A stretch of DNA of 64,000 bases from Selaginella moellendorffii (Eukaryota > Plantae > Lycopodiophyta). Numbering within the stretch: the first letter of the stretch is position 1; the number at the start of each line of letters is the position of its first letter. This document shows positions 25,801 through 37,129 of the stretch, piece by piece. A program made the translations under genes and the position numbers. The notes under the pieces are model-generated. The model saw only the letters and a list, made by a program, of their open reading frames with translations, ran no database searches and was not told the DNA's origin. The DNA is taken from contig NW_003314280.1 in NCBI RefSeq assembly GCF_000143415.4, forward strand, positions 62,001-126,000, in the 5' to 3' direction.

Positions 25801-28800
25801 TTTCAAGGAAAAGCTAAAGCTCAACCCTCTACTAAATAATCTCGTTTAGAACACAACTAACTCAACTTGCCACTCAGTTCGTTTGAACGTCAACACAGTT
25901 GCTAACTAGCAAATGCACGAATGCCAACAACACAAAGCTATAGCCAAATCATCAACACTATATTCATCAAGACTAATGAAACTCAATATCAATCCTTGGA
26001 AGGATATCTCATTTCACTCAGGTCTCAATATCAATAATGTCAATGACAAAGCATCACTTCAATGCCATCAACACCAAAACAAAGCTAGAAGAAAGCATGA
26101 GTGAATCACCACTCGGAGCTTTCCAGCAACCAAGCTAACCAAGGTCGAAGATACTTTAATTAGTAACCGAGACCAATCCTTTAGCAAAACTCAGTTACAG
26201 ATAACACTTCCTTAGGGAGTGAGTCACCACATCCAAGACTCAATGAAATCCAACACCACGAACAAAATGCAACCAAATGATATCGACAGAGATAGAGTCG
26301 ACATGTCAACATGGAAAAACCATGTAAGTCTAACGACACGATCCTCCGCAACACCATCCGGTAAAGCAAACCTATCATTGCTAAATCATCATCGAGTGAA
26401 GCAAGTGTCAACAGTCTTTTGACAAAGTCTACAAGCAATCACTAGTCGCAAAGCAACTAACAATCACCCTTTAACTTGCCTTCACAAGACCCGAACACTA
26501 ACTCTTGTCATCAAGTTATATACTTGTCCAACATGAACGTGATACCTCAGGTACAAGATAAAAGTTCATAGACAAGCACAAATTAAATGACCACTCGAAT
26601 CCAACTCAACCGCAATAAGCTCACTAATGCATTTAGTCAATAGCTCTGAGCATGCCTTGAAGAGGCTAGCTATGTGATCAACACTCAGCTGAAACTAAAG
26701 TGAAGACCATGAGATGGATCTATATTGGTACACAACCTCCTCATAGACAAAGCTATAATATGGGTACCAACATCTCAAACTCAAACAACTAAGTTGGACA
26801 TCACCATCCTTAGCCAAGGCGTAAGGCCACCAAGACCAAGTCAAGATCAGTGAGAGCTCACTACTCTCATAGAGTCTAATGAAATGCAAGGTGCAACCTG
26901 CCACCGAGCATAATGCTACAAAAGAAAGGCACAAGAGTCACCCTTCTTAGAAAAGTGTAACGGCCACTTTTCTACACCAACTCCAGACTCTATCCAACTC
27001 AATTGCCTTAGCCCCAAAAGTCAGCATCCCTTTCGGGTCGCATCATACAAACTACTTACTAAGGTTTAAGCCAACCGAAGCCAACTCCAACCCCTTCAAT
27101 AGTTTGTACTGGCTTACAAAAACAGAATGGTTTTCGAGCAAAGTGACCAATAGATCAGCCATTGGAAAAGTCTAACAAAATTTGTGGAAAATTTTCCATC
27201 CTAGAGAAAGAATGACTCTTAGTCCAGGATTGCAAAATTTCAAGACTCAACCAACTTCCTCCTACAAACAACTTCACATAGGTTCACCTCAACACAAATT
27301 CTCATGTCCAACAATATGCTTAAGCCTCGAACATCTTTGCCCATTTTTCCGACATCTAACTCCGACATCCGCAAAGTGCAAAATGAACATCCAAGGCTTG
27401 ATCACGAAGACCACATCTTCGGATATCCACATTGCACTAACACTCTTCTTCAATCACCTTCAAGATTCAATGTGAAGCCAAAACACTAACAAAAAAAATG
27501 ACATGGAAAATCAAGCTCTAAGGAAAATCCCTCATCACTCGAATCAATAATGCCACTTCCACTAACACAAGTGTTAGCGATGTCAATGCCCCAACTACCC
27601 ATCTTCTCCATCCAACAATCTACTCCAAGTGTTAACGGATCAACCAACAAGCCATAACAAGTGAATGCTATAACCCTTTTCCAACACCTAATGGGCAAAC
27701 TTAAGGAAACAAGGTAGCAACTTAAGCTTAGCATAATGGACCACCATTGAGAATCTAGTCAAAGCTACTACAATGCTACTTCGTGCAAGTAGACTAGCTT
27801 CTCCATCAACCACTTTGGGGTTGATCATCATTTACCCAAGCAACTTCGTAAACGCATTACTCTTTATCACATGGATATGATATAAGCATCACAATGACTT
27901 GATCATCAATTGAGTAACACTATGAGCAATGCCCATGTCACTACTGCAAAGGTTTATGTGAGTATCAAGTGCTAACTCAATTCAACAAAATGCAACATAA
28001 ATGCCACACTCCACCGATAGAGATTTACAACACCCAATATCACTAACTTTTTTTCACAACACGGACAAGCTCATGCCGCTCTCTTTCTGACCAAACTCAA
28101 CACTAATCCAACACCAAGCTACTCAAGGAGCAATAGCAAGGTTCCCCGGAAAAGAATTGAGCATTGCAACCCAAGTCTTCTAATAGCAAGCTTAGACAAA
28201 ATGGTTTAGCGCTTCACCGCTATATATCCTACAACTCACCATTGTAAGACCACCATCTCCAACATGCATCAAGATAGGGACTCTTGATTGCATGATGTGA
28301 ACACAAGCAATGAGTTAACACCTCGTTGCAGATCATCTCTCCAAGAAGAGAAAATGATTTACGTATTTGATCCTTTGTCCCCGATGACTCTCTTTTCGGT
28401 CTCATCTTTGACCAAACCTCAAGCTTGCTTTCACACTGCCTTCAGTTCAATCCAAGAAAAGTTTATGAGAGAGCACGGCAATGATTACTTGAACCAATAG
28501 ACTATTCCCTACAGTCTTGATTGATCCAATTATAATCATGCCTAGGAAGGATCCACTAGTGCCGTGCTAAACAGCTACGGACCAGCCTATTTGCCACTCA
28601 TAGCAAACCCAGGGAAAGTTTATTTTCACCCATGGTACATGGAACAACTCATGGAACCACCGATAGGCTAACATTAATCCTGCCAACTCTAAGTGTAACC
28701 TCGAGTTGCTAATGCGCCTCACTCACGAGCCCAAGCGCAAACTCGTGTAATGGAACAACTCAGTCCACCCTATGAGCCCAAGAGCAAGCTCACATAATAT

Positions 28801-30096
28801 AGAACAAAAAGGTAACCAAAACCTATCCCAAGGAACCAATGTGAAGTCTTTGCACCAAAATGTGTACCCATTCGGATCATCGTTTTCATCTTTGCGTATG
28901 CAACAAGACTAGTTGCCCAATGTCATTGGATAGTTCTCGCTGAGACTCATCCTCTGATACCAAATGTAGCGCACGTGGTTTTGACCCTTTATCCTATGGT
29001 GATTTACCATAGGATAACACCACGAAGCGGAACATAAACCCTCTTTGTGCCACGTGACAAATGCCACGTGTCCGTGCCACGTGTCTATAGGAACCCGAGG
29101 TTCAGGGCCTTGGGCCACTGAACGAAGGAACGGTGCCAAACTCCCAAGCGTGACGCCAAGGAGTGATGGAACCGGACCACAGAGCAACTCCCGAGCATAT
29201 AGCCCAAGGAGCGAAGGGACAGGAGCCCGAAGTGACTTGGAACAGTCCTGGAGCAACCAGCATTCCAATGCTAGGACTAGCACGCAAAACGGAGCCAAAC
29301 GGAGTCTGGCACTATTTCGGCATACCGGTGGCCTAACGTGAGGATATGGGTACTCCACCAGCTAGCATGGAATGGAACTTGGGCTTAGACCCAAGCCGGA
29401 CGCAGAACAAGGACAGGCACGCAAGCGGGAGCTAGACTATGCCTCAGGTTGGTCGGCTATGCCCGACCTACCCACTATCCCTACTATACATTTGGAACCC
29501 CCGACAGCCCCCCCCCCCTTGAGGAACACATGCTTTGGGCTTTCACCCCAAGCCTCCCTTAGTATCAGGAGTTAGTCTCTGAGACAAGTTCGAAACCTAC
29601 TAAATATGGAATGTCCCTAGATTGCGAATTTGGACATGGGACGAACACCATTGTGTTTAGGACGATCTCTACATTCCGTAGATATGCCAAATGAGCAAAT
29701 CTGGACACTTTCCATAAATAGCATTTGGGACCAAAATGAGACTAACACAAAGGGTATGATAGCGAGGGTGTTTGGCAGACACGGTAAGCTATCATCTAGC
29801 GATGTTGAGGGACCAATCTCAATATCGCGGGGGTTCTTGATACTAGCAAGTGCAAGCCAATGACTCAAGTTTCTCAAACCAGGCCGAGTATGCTCAGCAA
29901 GAAACACATAGGGTTCCTACCTTATGTTTATCCAATCTAAGTGCATGGTCATTGACCAGTTTCTCAACTAGCTCAAGTGGGAAACTGATAACGGGTCCAG
30001 CAATACCGACCTCCTGCCATCGTGGCAGTAAGGTAAGAGTGTCCGTAAGGACTAGCCGACAAGTAACTTTCGATACCCGAAGTCACATTCGCGACA
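22837..30096 (-). mobile_element. Non-autonomous LTR retrotransposon C (LARD) sharing termini, PBS and PPT with A
   Basis: Near-identical LTRs at 22837-23983 and 28965-30096. PBS complement ctctgatacca at 28952-28962. PPT complement at 23984-23996. TSD GCTCA, with empty sites at ~52880 and ~55150. The 5-kb internal region has no ORF of 100 aa or more. Confidence 0.95.
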
Positions 30097-32968
30097 GCTC
30101 ATTGTCCAGAGGCCATCATTGGGACACCCAAACACTCTAAAACACTAGGAGGTGGTGTTTCATGTCGCAAGGGCAATAGATAAGGCCCAAGGGACTAAAT
30201 CCCTAGCGAATGATAGATAGAAGGTGCTATCCAAATGTCCAAGGTTGTGGAGACAGGAGAAGACTGTCTACCCGAATTGGACAAAGCCAAAAATGGAATT
30301 TTGGCAAAGCTAGTGATGTACATGTAAAGGCCCATAAGCAGCAACATTAACCCCGGTGTGTGGGATTATAAGGTGAGCATGCCCAAGATTGAGGAACCAC
30401 TCCCTAGGCTATCGGGTAAGTTCATCCCTAAGCATACTTGCTAAGGCATAGTAAAATGTGCAAAGCTATCCTCCTAGTTTGGAGGAGAATAACCAAAGGA
30501 AACATATGGGGCCAAAAGGCAAATAGTATTGGGATGGAACTGAACCATAGAAATCGAAGAGCATATCCAATGGTGGTTATGTAAGTTGGGAGTGGAGAAT
30601 CAAGAGGGTGCTCAAGGATATTGTTGCTAGCAACCGTGATGCCATGGAGAGTCTAAAATATGGAATTGTCCATATTAGACTATATGGCAACTATAAAGCT
30701 TGCGAAAAGGGAGGCCTTAGCAAGCTAAAGGACAGAGTTCCTTCAAGGTTCCCAAAGATGATTCTAGGTAGCTTAGTACCTAGAAAGGCCAAGTGTAAAA
30801 TGGTTCATGGAACGCGCGAAATCAGAGTGGCACAGCAGAAGCGTGGTCTTGAAGCTTGCTATGAGGCAAGGCTATCACAGTTAGGGAAGTAGTTCCCGAG
30901 TGTTCAAAGAGAGGGCTTTGAACAAAATCGATGGTCAAGGACTTCCACGCTTATGCAGAAACTATGTTACAGTGGTTGGAGGATTTGCCAAGTGAGATTG
31001 GCAAGTTGGGGGAACAAATACCCTAGTTGAAGGTGATAACATCAAAAAGGGTGGGCCATGGGGCCAAGCATGGAGGAGTTCATGCATGATCACAGACTTG
31101 TCAAGTGAAAGGACTTGGCAATGTGGAGGAACTAGGTTCCTAAGCTGTGATCTGTGGCACGCTTTAAGTATAAGTTGGTGCACCGGCGTGATGAGTCATG
31201 CCAGGCATCCTGGGTGATGCCGTCTATAGATGCATATACGGAGGTTGGGTTTTCAGTGGTCATGGACTCTCAATAAGGAGATTGGCTTGGGCACACCATC
31301 AAGCGGGGGATGCCCCGGAGTTGTGATACACGGTTAGATTGCTTAGAGTGAAATCTCGGCATATCTAACTTGAACACTTTGGTGCAAAGGGCACCAAGGA
31401 CGTGATGAATGAAATGGGGACACCTAGTCTCAGTTGCTATGGATCCTTGGCTGGAAGGACTGGCTTGGGCGCACCGCCAAGTGTGGGGGATGCCCCCGGG
31501 GTCATAATCAACAACTTAGAAGGGTCTGGAAGACCTAGTCCCTATTGGTAGACCTATTAAGGGGTCGAGATGAGATCATTAAGTGATCTTGTGGCTAAAC
31601 AAGGACTAGGTCTTTGTTTGGGTTAAGGAATATGATCCCTAGTTCAAAGTGTTGATTTGAACTAGTGATAATGGTGTGGCTTGGTCAAGGTGACCAAGTG
31701 AGAAGAACACCTAAGGAAAATGAGCTATGTCAATGCTATGGTATAGTAAGTTCAAGAAAGTAGTCTCGGGGAGAGACCCATGGGAGGGTCACAAAGTTGG
31801 GCCGTGGATGAAGCCCATAGCAAAAATTGCTAAAGAGATCTACTAGGGGTGAGCACCCGCTGGACTTAGCAAAGTAGAGCCTTTGCTATGGAACCAAAAG
31901 GATACCTCGAGAATGGAGGTAGTGATCCTATATTGCTCAATGCAACAATCAATGGATAAAAGCAAAAAACTAGTGGCCAAGTGTGGGCCGTAGAGTTCAT
32001 TGGAAGGAATCCAAATGGCAAAGTTAGGCATGGAACACTAATATGTTGGATGCTAACGGATTGTGAGAAAGGAAGTGTGCTTCCAAAGATGGATTCCCAA
32101 ATGCTCCAAATTGGCAAAGGTGAAAGCTCCAAGGGAGGGAGCGGCGAAGTAGCCAAAGGATAGGGCCGTAGGTAGCTTTAGCACAACTTACAATGGCTGG
32201 AACTTGGTGCCAAAAGTGGCATAAAATAGAAAGGAGAACGATGGCGCCCTCAAGTGGGGAGCTTCCTAGGATGGGAAGTGAAGTTGCACAATATGTGCAG
32301 TGAAAGATGTCAAAGACACCAAAGAAATTGACTTCGAGAAGTCAAAATTAAAAGTTCCAAGGTGAATTGGTTATGTCAATAGAAGTTGGGACTACTCAAG
32401 AATGAGTAGTGGAATTGAGTTAGAGAGGGTGTCCCTAACGGGTTTAGCGAGAATTGAACCAATAAAAGGGAGCAAACCACCCTAGGTGGTCAAGTGAGTC
32501 TCTAGGTTGGAGAGACTATGCTCCTTAGAGGATGGACAAGGCATGGTGAGCCTTCGGGGTCAAACCATAGACAAATATTGGCTGGGTGCCAAGGATGGAA
32601 ATGGTAATACCTACGGGTGTTACTTTAAAAAAGGGTTTACCGTTCGATGAGGACATCGAACTTCGTCTATGGGTGGTGGAGTTGTGAGACACAAAATCCC
32701 TAGGCCCCAAAGTGGAGCCGGAAGGGTGCCACGTGGTAGTGGCTGAAGCGAAAGCCAAACGAACGTAACACGTTTGGACTAAAAGCTCCAACTTGAAAGG
32801 TCGAGAGCGGGAGTGGAACTCCCAATAAAGTGCTTGAGGAACAAGTATGAAGCGAGCAATAAGTGAGGCTCCAAAAAGGGACCCAAAAGGACCAACACAT
32901 GACACGTGGAAGTGTCCGAGATGGAGTCCGAGATAGACCAAGACGGAGTCCGAGATGGAGTCTGAGAT

Positions 32969-33362
32969 TGTTAGGATCCTATCCCTTACACCCTAAACCA
33001 ACTGGCTAAAGGGGTGATCACTTGATTGTAGGGCCCTTTCTTTATCCTATTATCCTGACCTGGTGCCTAACAATCCTCCCCCTCGTCAGGGAATGATCGT
33101 CCGCGATCATACTTAGGCCACCATCCGGTCACTATAGTCCTTCTCTTAGGGTCTACCAAACCTTGGTTCTCCCTCTAGATCCACCATGTTGAATATTCCT
33201 TCAGAATATTCTTGCCCCACTTGTCAGCCATGAGAATCGAACTGGGCTCCGATACCAATGTTAGGATCCTATCCCTTACACCCTAAGCCAACTGGCTAAA
33301 GGGGTGATCACTTGATTGTAGGGCCCTTTCTTTATCCTATTATCCTGACCTGGTGCCTAACA
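32969..33362 (-). mobile_element. 394-bp TRIM with 104-bp LTRs
   Basis: LTRs 32969-33072 and 33259-33362 (one mismatch seen). PBS complement gctccgatacca. PPT complement atcctccccctc. TSD GAGAT. Confidence 0.95.
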
Positions 33363-35010
33363 GAGATGGACCGAGATGGACCGAGATGGAGTCTGAGATG
33401 GAGTCCGAGATGGAGTCTGAGATGGACCCGAGATGGAATCCGAGATGGAGTCCGAGAAGGACCCGAGATGGAGTCCGAGGTCGAGACCGAGATCGGGACT
33501 AAGACTGGGACCAAGACCGAGACCGAGACCAGGACTGAGACTGAGACTGAGGCAGAGGCCGAGACCAAGCCCGAGTCCGAGTCTGAGTCCGAGTTCGAGT
33601 CTGAGAGGGTGAAAGCCCAAAGCGTTCATCTCCCAGACCCTGGGGGGTTTGGTGAGCTCCAAAAGTATAGTAAGGGGGAGGACTGCAGTGGAGCCAGTTT
33701 GGCCAGGAAAGGCCAGTTTGGCCCAGGAAAGCTAGACCCAGTGTTGGGTGATGAACTGACCACTGGGAAGTCCAAGACTAGAGTGAATATGGACCAACAA
33801 GCGGGGTAGCTTGGTGAAGTGTTCAAGAGCCGGCTCTAGTTCCCCCGGGAGATCGACTGGCCGATGCTCCCAGTCCAAGTGTGGGTGGCACTACCTACTT
33901 GGATACCAGGCGTGGCTCAACAGAACCTCGCTCTAAGCCCATGGCTAGAGCACCTAAAGGCGGAAGGTGGGGAGAGTACCCACAGGGCTCGCGTAGGCCC
34001 ACGGTATTCTGAAATGTTGTCCCGAAGTCCCAAATGGGGGAAAGGAGGAGGAGCAGTCCTCTAGTGTAGTGACTAAAGATACAGTCACATGGTGAGGAAG
34101 TCCCAGAGGACCATGGGACTTAGTAGTCGGGCCTGTGGGCCATGATCTAGTGGCAGTGTCCGCGAAGATGGCCATGGGCTGAAAAGGGACTAGGTAGAAA
34201 CTGACAAAGGGATATTAGGGAAGGCTATTCCCCATGTCTATAGGCATCCTAAGGATGCTAAGGAGTGGATTTGGGTTGACCACTAGTGGACAGATGGCCT
34301 AGTCTTGGAGAGACGGGATTGTGATGCAAGTGGTATTGGACCACTAGTGCGGCAAAGGTGAATGGGCATGGCCTTAGCGTAACAAGCCGATATGTCAGTG
34401 GTACGTTTGGGTGTCGGTCTTGGGACCAGACACATGGAGCACTTGGACCAAGTGCAACGGTTGAGTGGCACGGATGCCATTCTTGGGGCTAGCAAGTCCC
34501 CAAGTCTGGAATAGGACTTATGGAGGTTGTGAGTGAGACTCCTCCAAGTTGTCGGAGGTGTGGTTAAGTGACTAAAGTAGAATGGAAAAATTAGTCGCTT
34601 ACATTGTCATTTCCGCGCTCTCTCAAACTTGGATTGAATTGAAGGCAGTGCAAATGCAAGCTTGAGGTTTAGTCAAAGATGAGTTTGAAAAGAAAGTCGT
34701 CAAGGACGAAGGATCAAACATAAAAATCATTTTCTCTTTTCGGAGAGATGATTTGCAACAAAGTGTTAACTCATTGCTCGTATCTACATTATGCAATCAA
34801 GAGTCCCTACCTTGATGCATACTAATTATGATGGTCTTACAAGTGGTGAATCATGGGATGGATAGCAATAAAGTGGTAAACCATTTTGTCTAGGCTTGCT
34901 TTTGAAGACTTGGGTTACAATGTTCAATTCTTTTCTAGGGAGCTTTACTATTGCTCCTTGAGTAGTTTGGTGTTGGACTAGTTTTGAGTTTAGTCAGAAA
35001 AAGATAGTGG

Positions 35011-36518
35011 TGCGCATGTGGTTTTCACCCTTTATCCTATGGTGATTTACCATAGAATAACCACGAAGCAGAACTTAAACCCTCCATGTGCCTTATGTCA
35101 TATGCTATTTGCCATATGTCAAAAGGACAATGGTGTGGAACCCGAGGTTCAAGGCCTTGGGCCACTAAACGAAAGAACAGAGCCAAACTCCCAAGCATGG
35201 AGCCAAGGAGCAATGGCACTAAAACATAGAATGACTCCCGAGTGTACAGCCTAAGGAGTGAAGGGATATGAGTGCAGAGCAACATAGAACAGTCCTAGAG
35301 CATCTAACATCCCAATGCCAGAACTAGCACGTAAAATGGAGTTAAACAGAGTTTAGTACTATTTTAGCATACAAGTGGCTTAACACGAGGATATAAATAC
35401 TCCACCAACTAGCATAGTATGGAACTTCGGGTTAGAGCCAAGTCAAATGTAGAACAAGGATAGGCATGCAAACAAGAGCTAGACTATGCCTCAGATTTGT
35501 TGGCCATGCCCGACCTACCCACTATTCCTACTATACATTTGGAACTTCCCATATCCCCCTCCCCCTTAAGGAACACACGCTTTGGGCTTTCACCCTAAGC
35601 CTCCCTTAGTACTAAGAGTTAGTCTCTGAGATAAGCCTTCTATTATCCATTTATAGCAAGATGAAACTCACTTTATAACAAACGTGAAAAGAATCATCAA
35701 TAATCAATATATCCCAACTTAAACCCAACAAAGATTCAAACATTTCAATATTGATCAATAAATCTTCATCAAGCAAAGCAAGTGTCAATTGTCCTTGACA
35801 AAATCTATAAATAATCATTAGTTGCAGGCAACCAATAATCACTCTTCAACTTACCTTCACAAGACTCAAACACTAAACTCAAGTCATCAAGTCATATACT
35901 TGTCTAACATGAACGTAGTACCCTAAATACAAGATAAAAGAACATGGACAAGCATAAACTAAATGACAACTCGAATCCAATCGAACTGCAATAAACTCAC
36001 TAATATATATAGCCAATAGCTTTGAGCACGCCTTGAAAAAGCCTCGCTATGCATGATTAACGCTTAGTTAAAACTAAAATGAAGATCATAAGATGGACTT
36101 ATATCGATACACAACCTCCTCATAGACAAAGGTATAGTATGAATACCAACATCTCAACCTTAAACAACTAAGTTGGACATCACCATCCTTAGCCAAGGCA
36201 TAAAGCCACCAATATCAAGTCAAGATCAATGAGAGCTCACTACTCTCATAGAGTATAATGAAATACAAGGTGCAACCTGCCACCAAGCACAACACTACAG
36301 AAGAAAAGTACAAAGGTCACCTTTCTAGAAAAGCGTAAAGACCACTTTTCTACACCAACTCCAGACTCTATTTAACTCAATTGCTTTAGCCCCAAAAGTT
36401 AACATCCCTTTCATGTCACATTATATAAACTATATATTAAAGTTTAAGCTAACCAAAATCAACTTTAACCATTTTACTAGTTTGTACTGGCTTACAAAAT
36501 ATAATGGTTTTTGAGTAA
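35011..36518 (-). mobile_element. Inverted copy of D (partial C-type LTR plus deleted internal region)
   Basis: Reverse complement of ~9968-11248, including the same internal-to-mid-LTR deletion junction. Confidence 0.85.
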
Positions 36519-36519
36519 C

Positions 36520-36998
36520 TTATAGTTGCAAGTCTTGGAGTTGGTGATTGATTTTTGGTTTTTTTTTTTTTTTTTTTTTGTGCCATTGAGAGTTGGGGAT
36601 GATTTCTACTTCATCATCACTCCTTTTATTTTGTCTTTCAGATTCAGCCCTTTTTTGTTGGGCTTTGGTTATTACACAGAAGTTAGATAACTCTTCTATA
36701 TTTGACCATTTTACCTCAATGTGTCTAGTTATAGGTTGCATAGGAGGCATATCATTCTTGCTTAATGATTTAGCTTGATTGTATAGCCTAAGATAGCTAG
36801 TAGGAGTCTTAGTTTAATTATAATAATTTGGCCTTTCATAATCTCTAGGCATATTATAGCCTCTAGGCTAATCATATTCTCTAGGCCGATTATAGTCTCT
36901 AAGCCTATTTTCCTCACAGCTAGATGGATAATCTCAAAAATTACTATTAGGTGGATAATCCCAATAGTCATCTTGCCTTTAAGCATGTCGATATTCAT
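36520..36998 (-). pseudogene. Gag-PR linker fragment of an E-related Gypsy
   Basis: DDEVEIIPNSQWHKK resembles E NDEVEIIPETEWKK. The upstream tract is N/D/Y-rich, as in the E gag tail. Confidence 0.6.
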
Positions 36999-37129
36999 GT
37001 TGAGTAATCATTCCTCCTATGATGCTAAGCTATGCTACAATCATATCATTGTAAGCTATCATTGTAAGCTGGTTATCATGCTGAGCTATCATTCCTCCTA
37101 TGAGCTTGCTGGAATGAACAAGCTCAGCA

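Larger units (their letters stand above)
11836..34603 (+). mobile_element. Non-autonomous LTR retrotransposon B (LARD-type) hosting four nested insertions
   Basis: 5' LTR 11836-20714 (TGTGAGAC...CTTACA, ~1.54 kb without A1). PBS TGGTATCGGAGC 20718-20729. PPT-like gggtggtggagt before the 3' LTR 32683-34603. TSD TAGTC/TTGTC. No long ORF. Confidence 0.92.

Noticed and set aside
37005-37110. Patchwork repeats (tcattcctcctatga, tatcattgtaagc) as repair filler DNA
   Set aside because: They cannot be distinguished from the repetitive gag tail of the adjacent E-like fragment.
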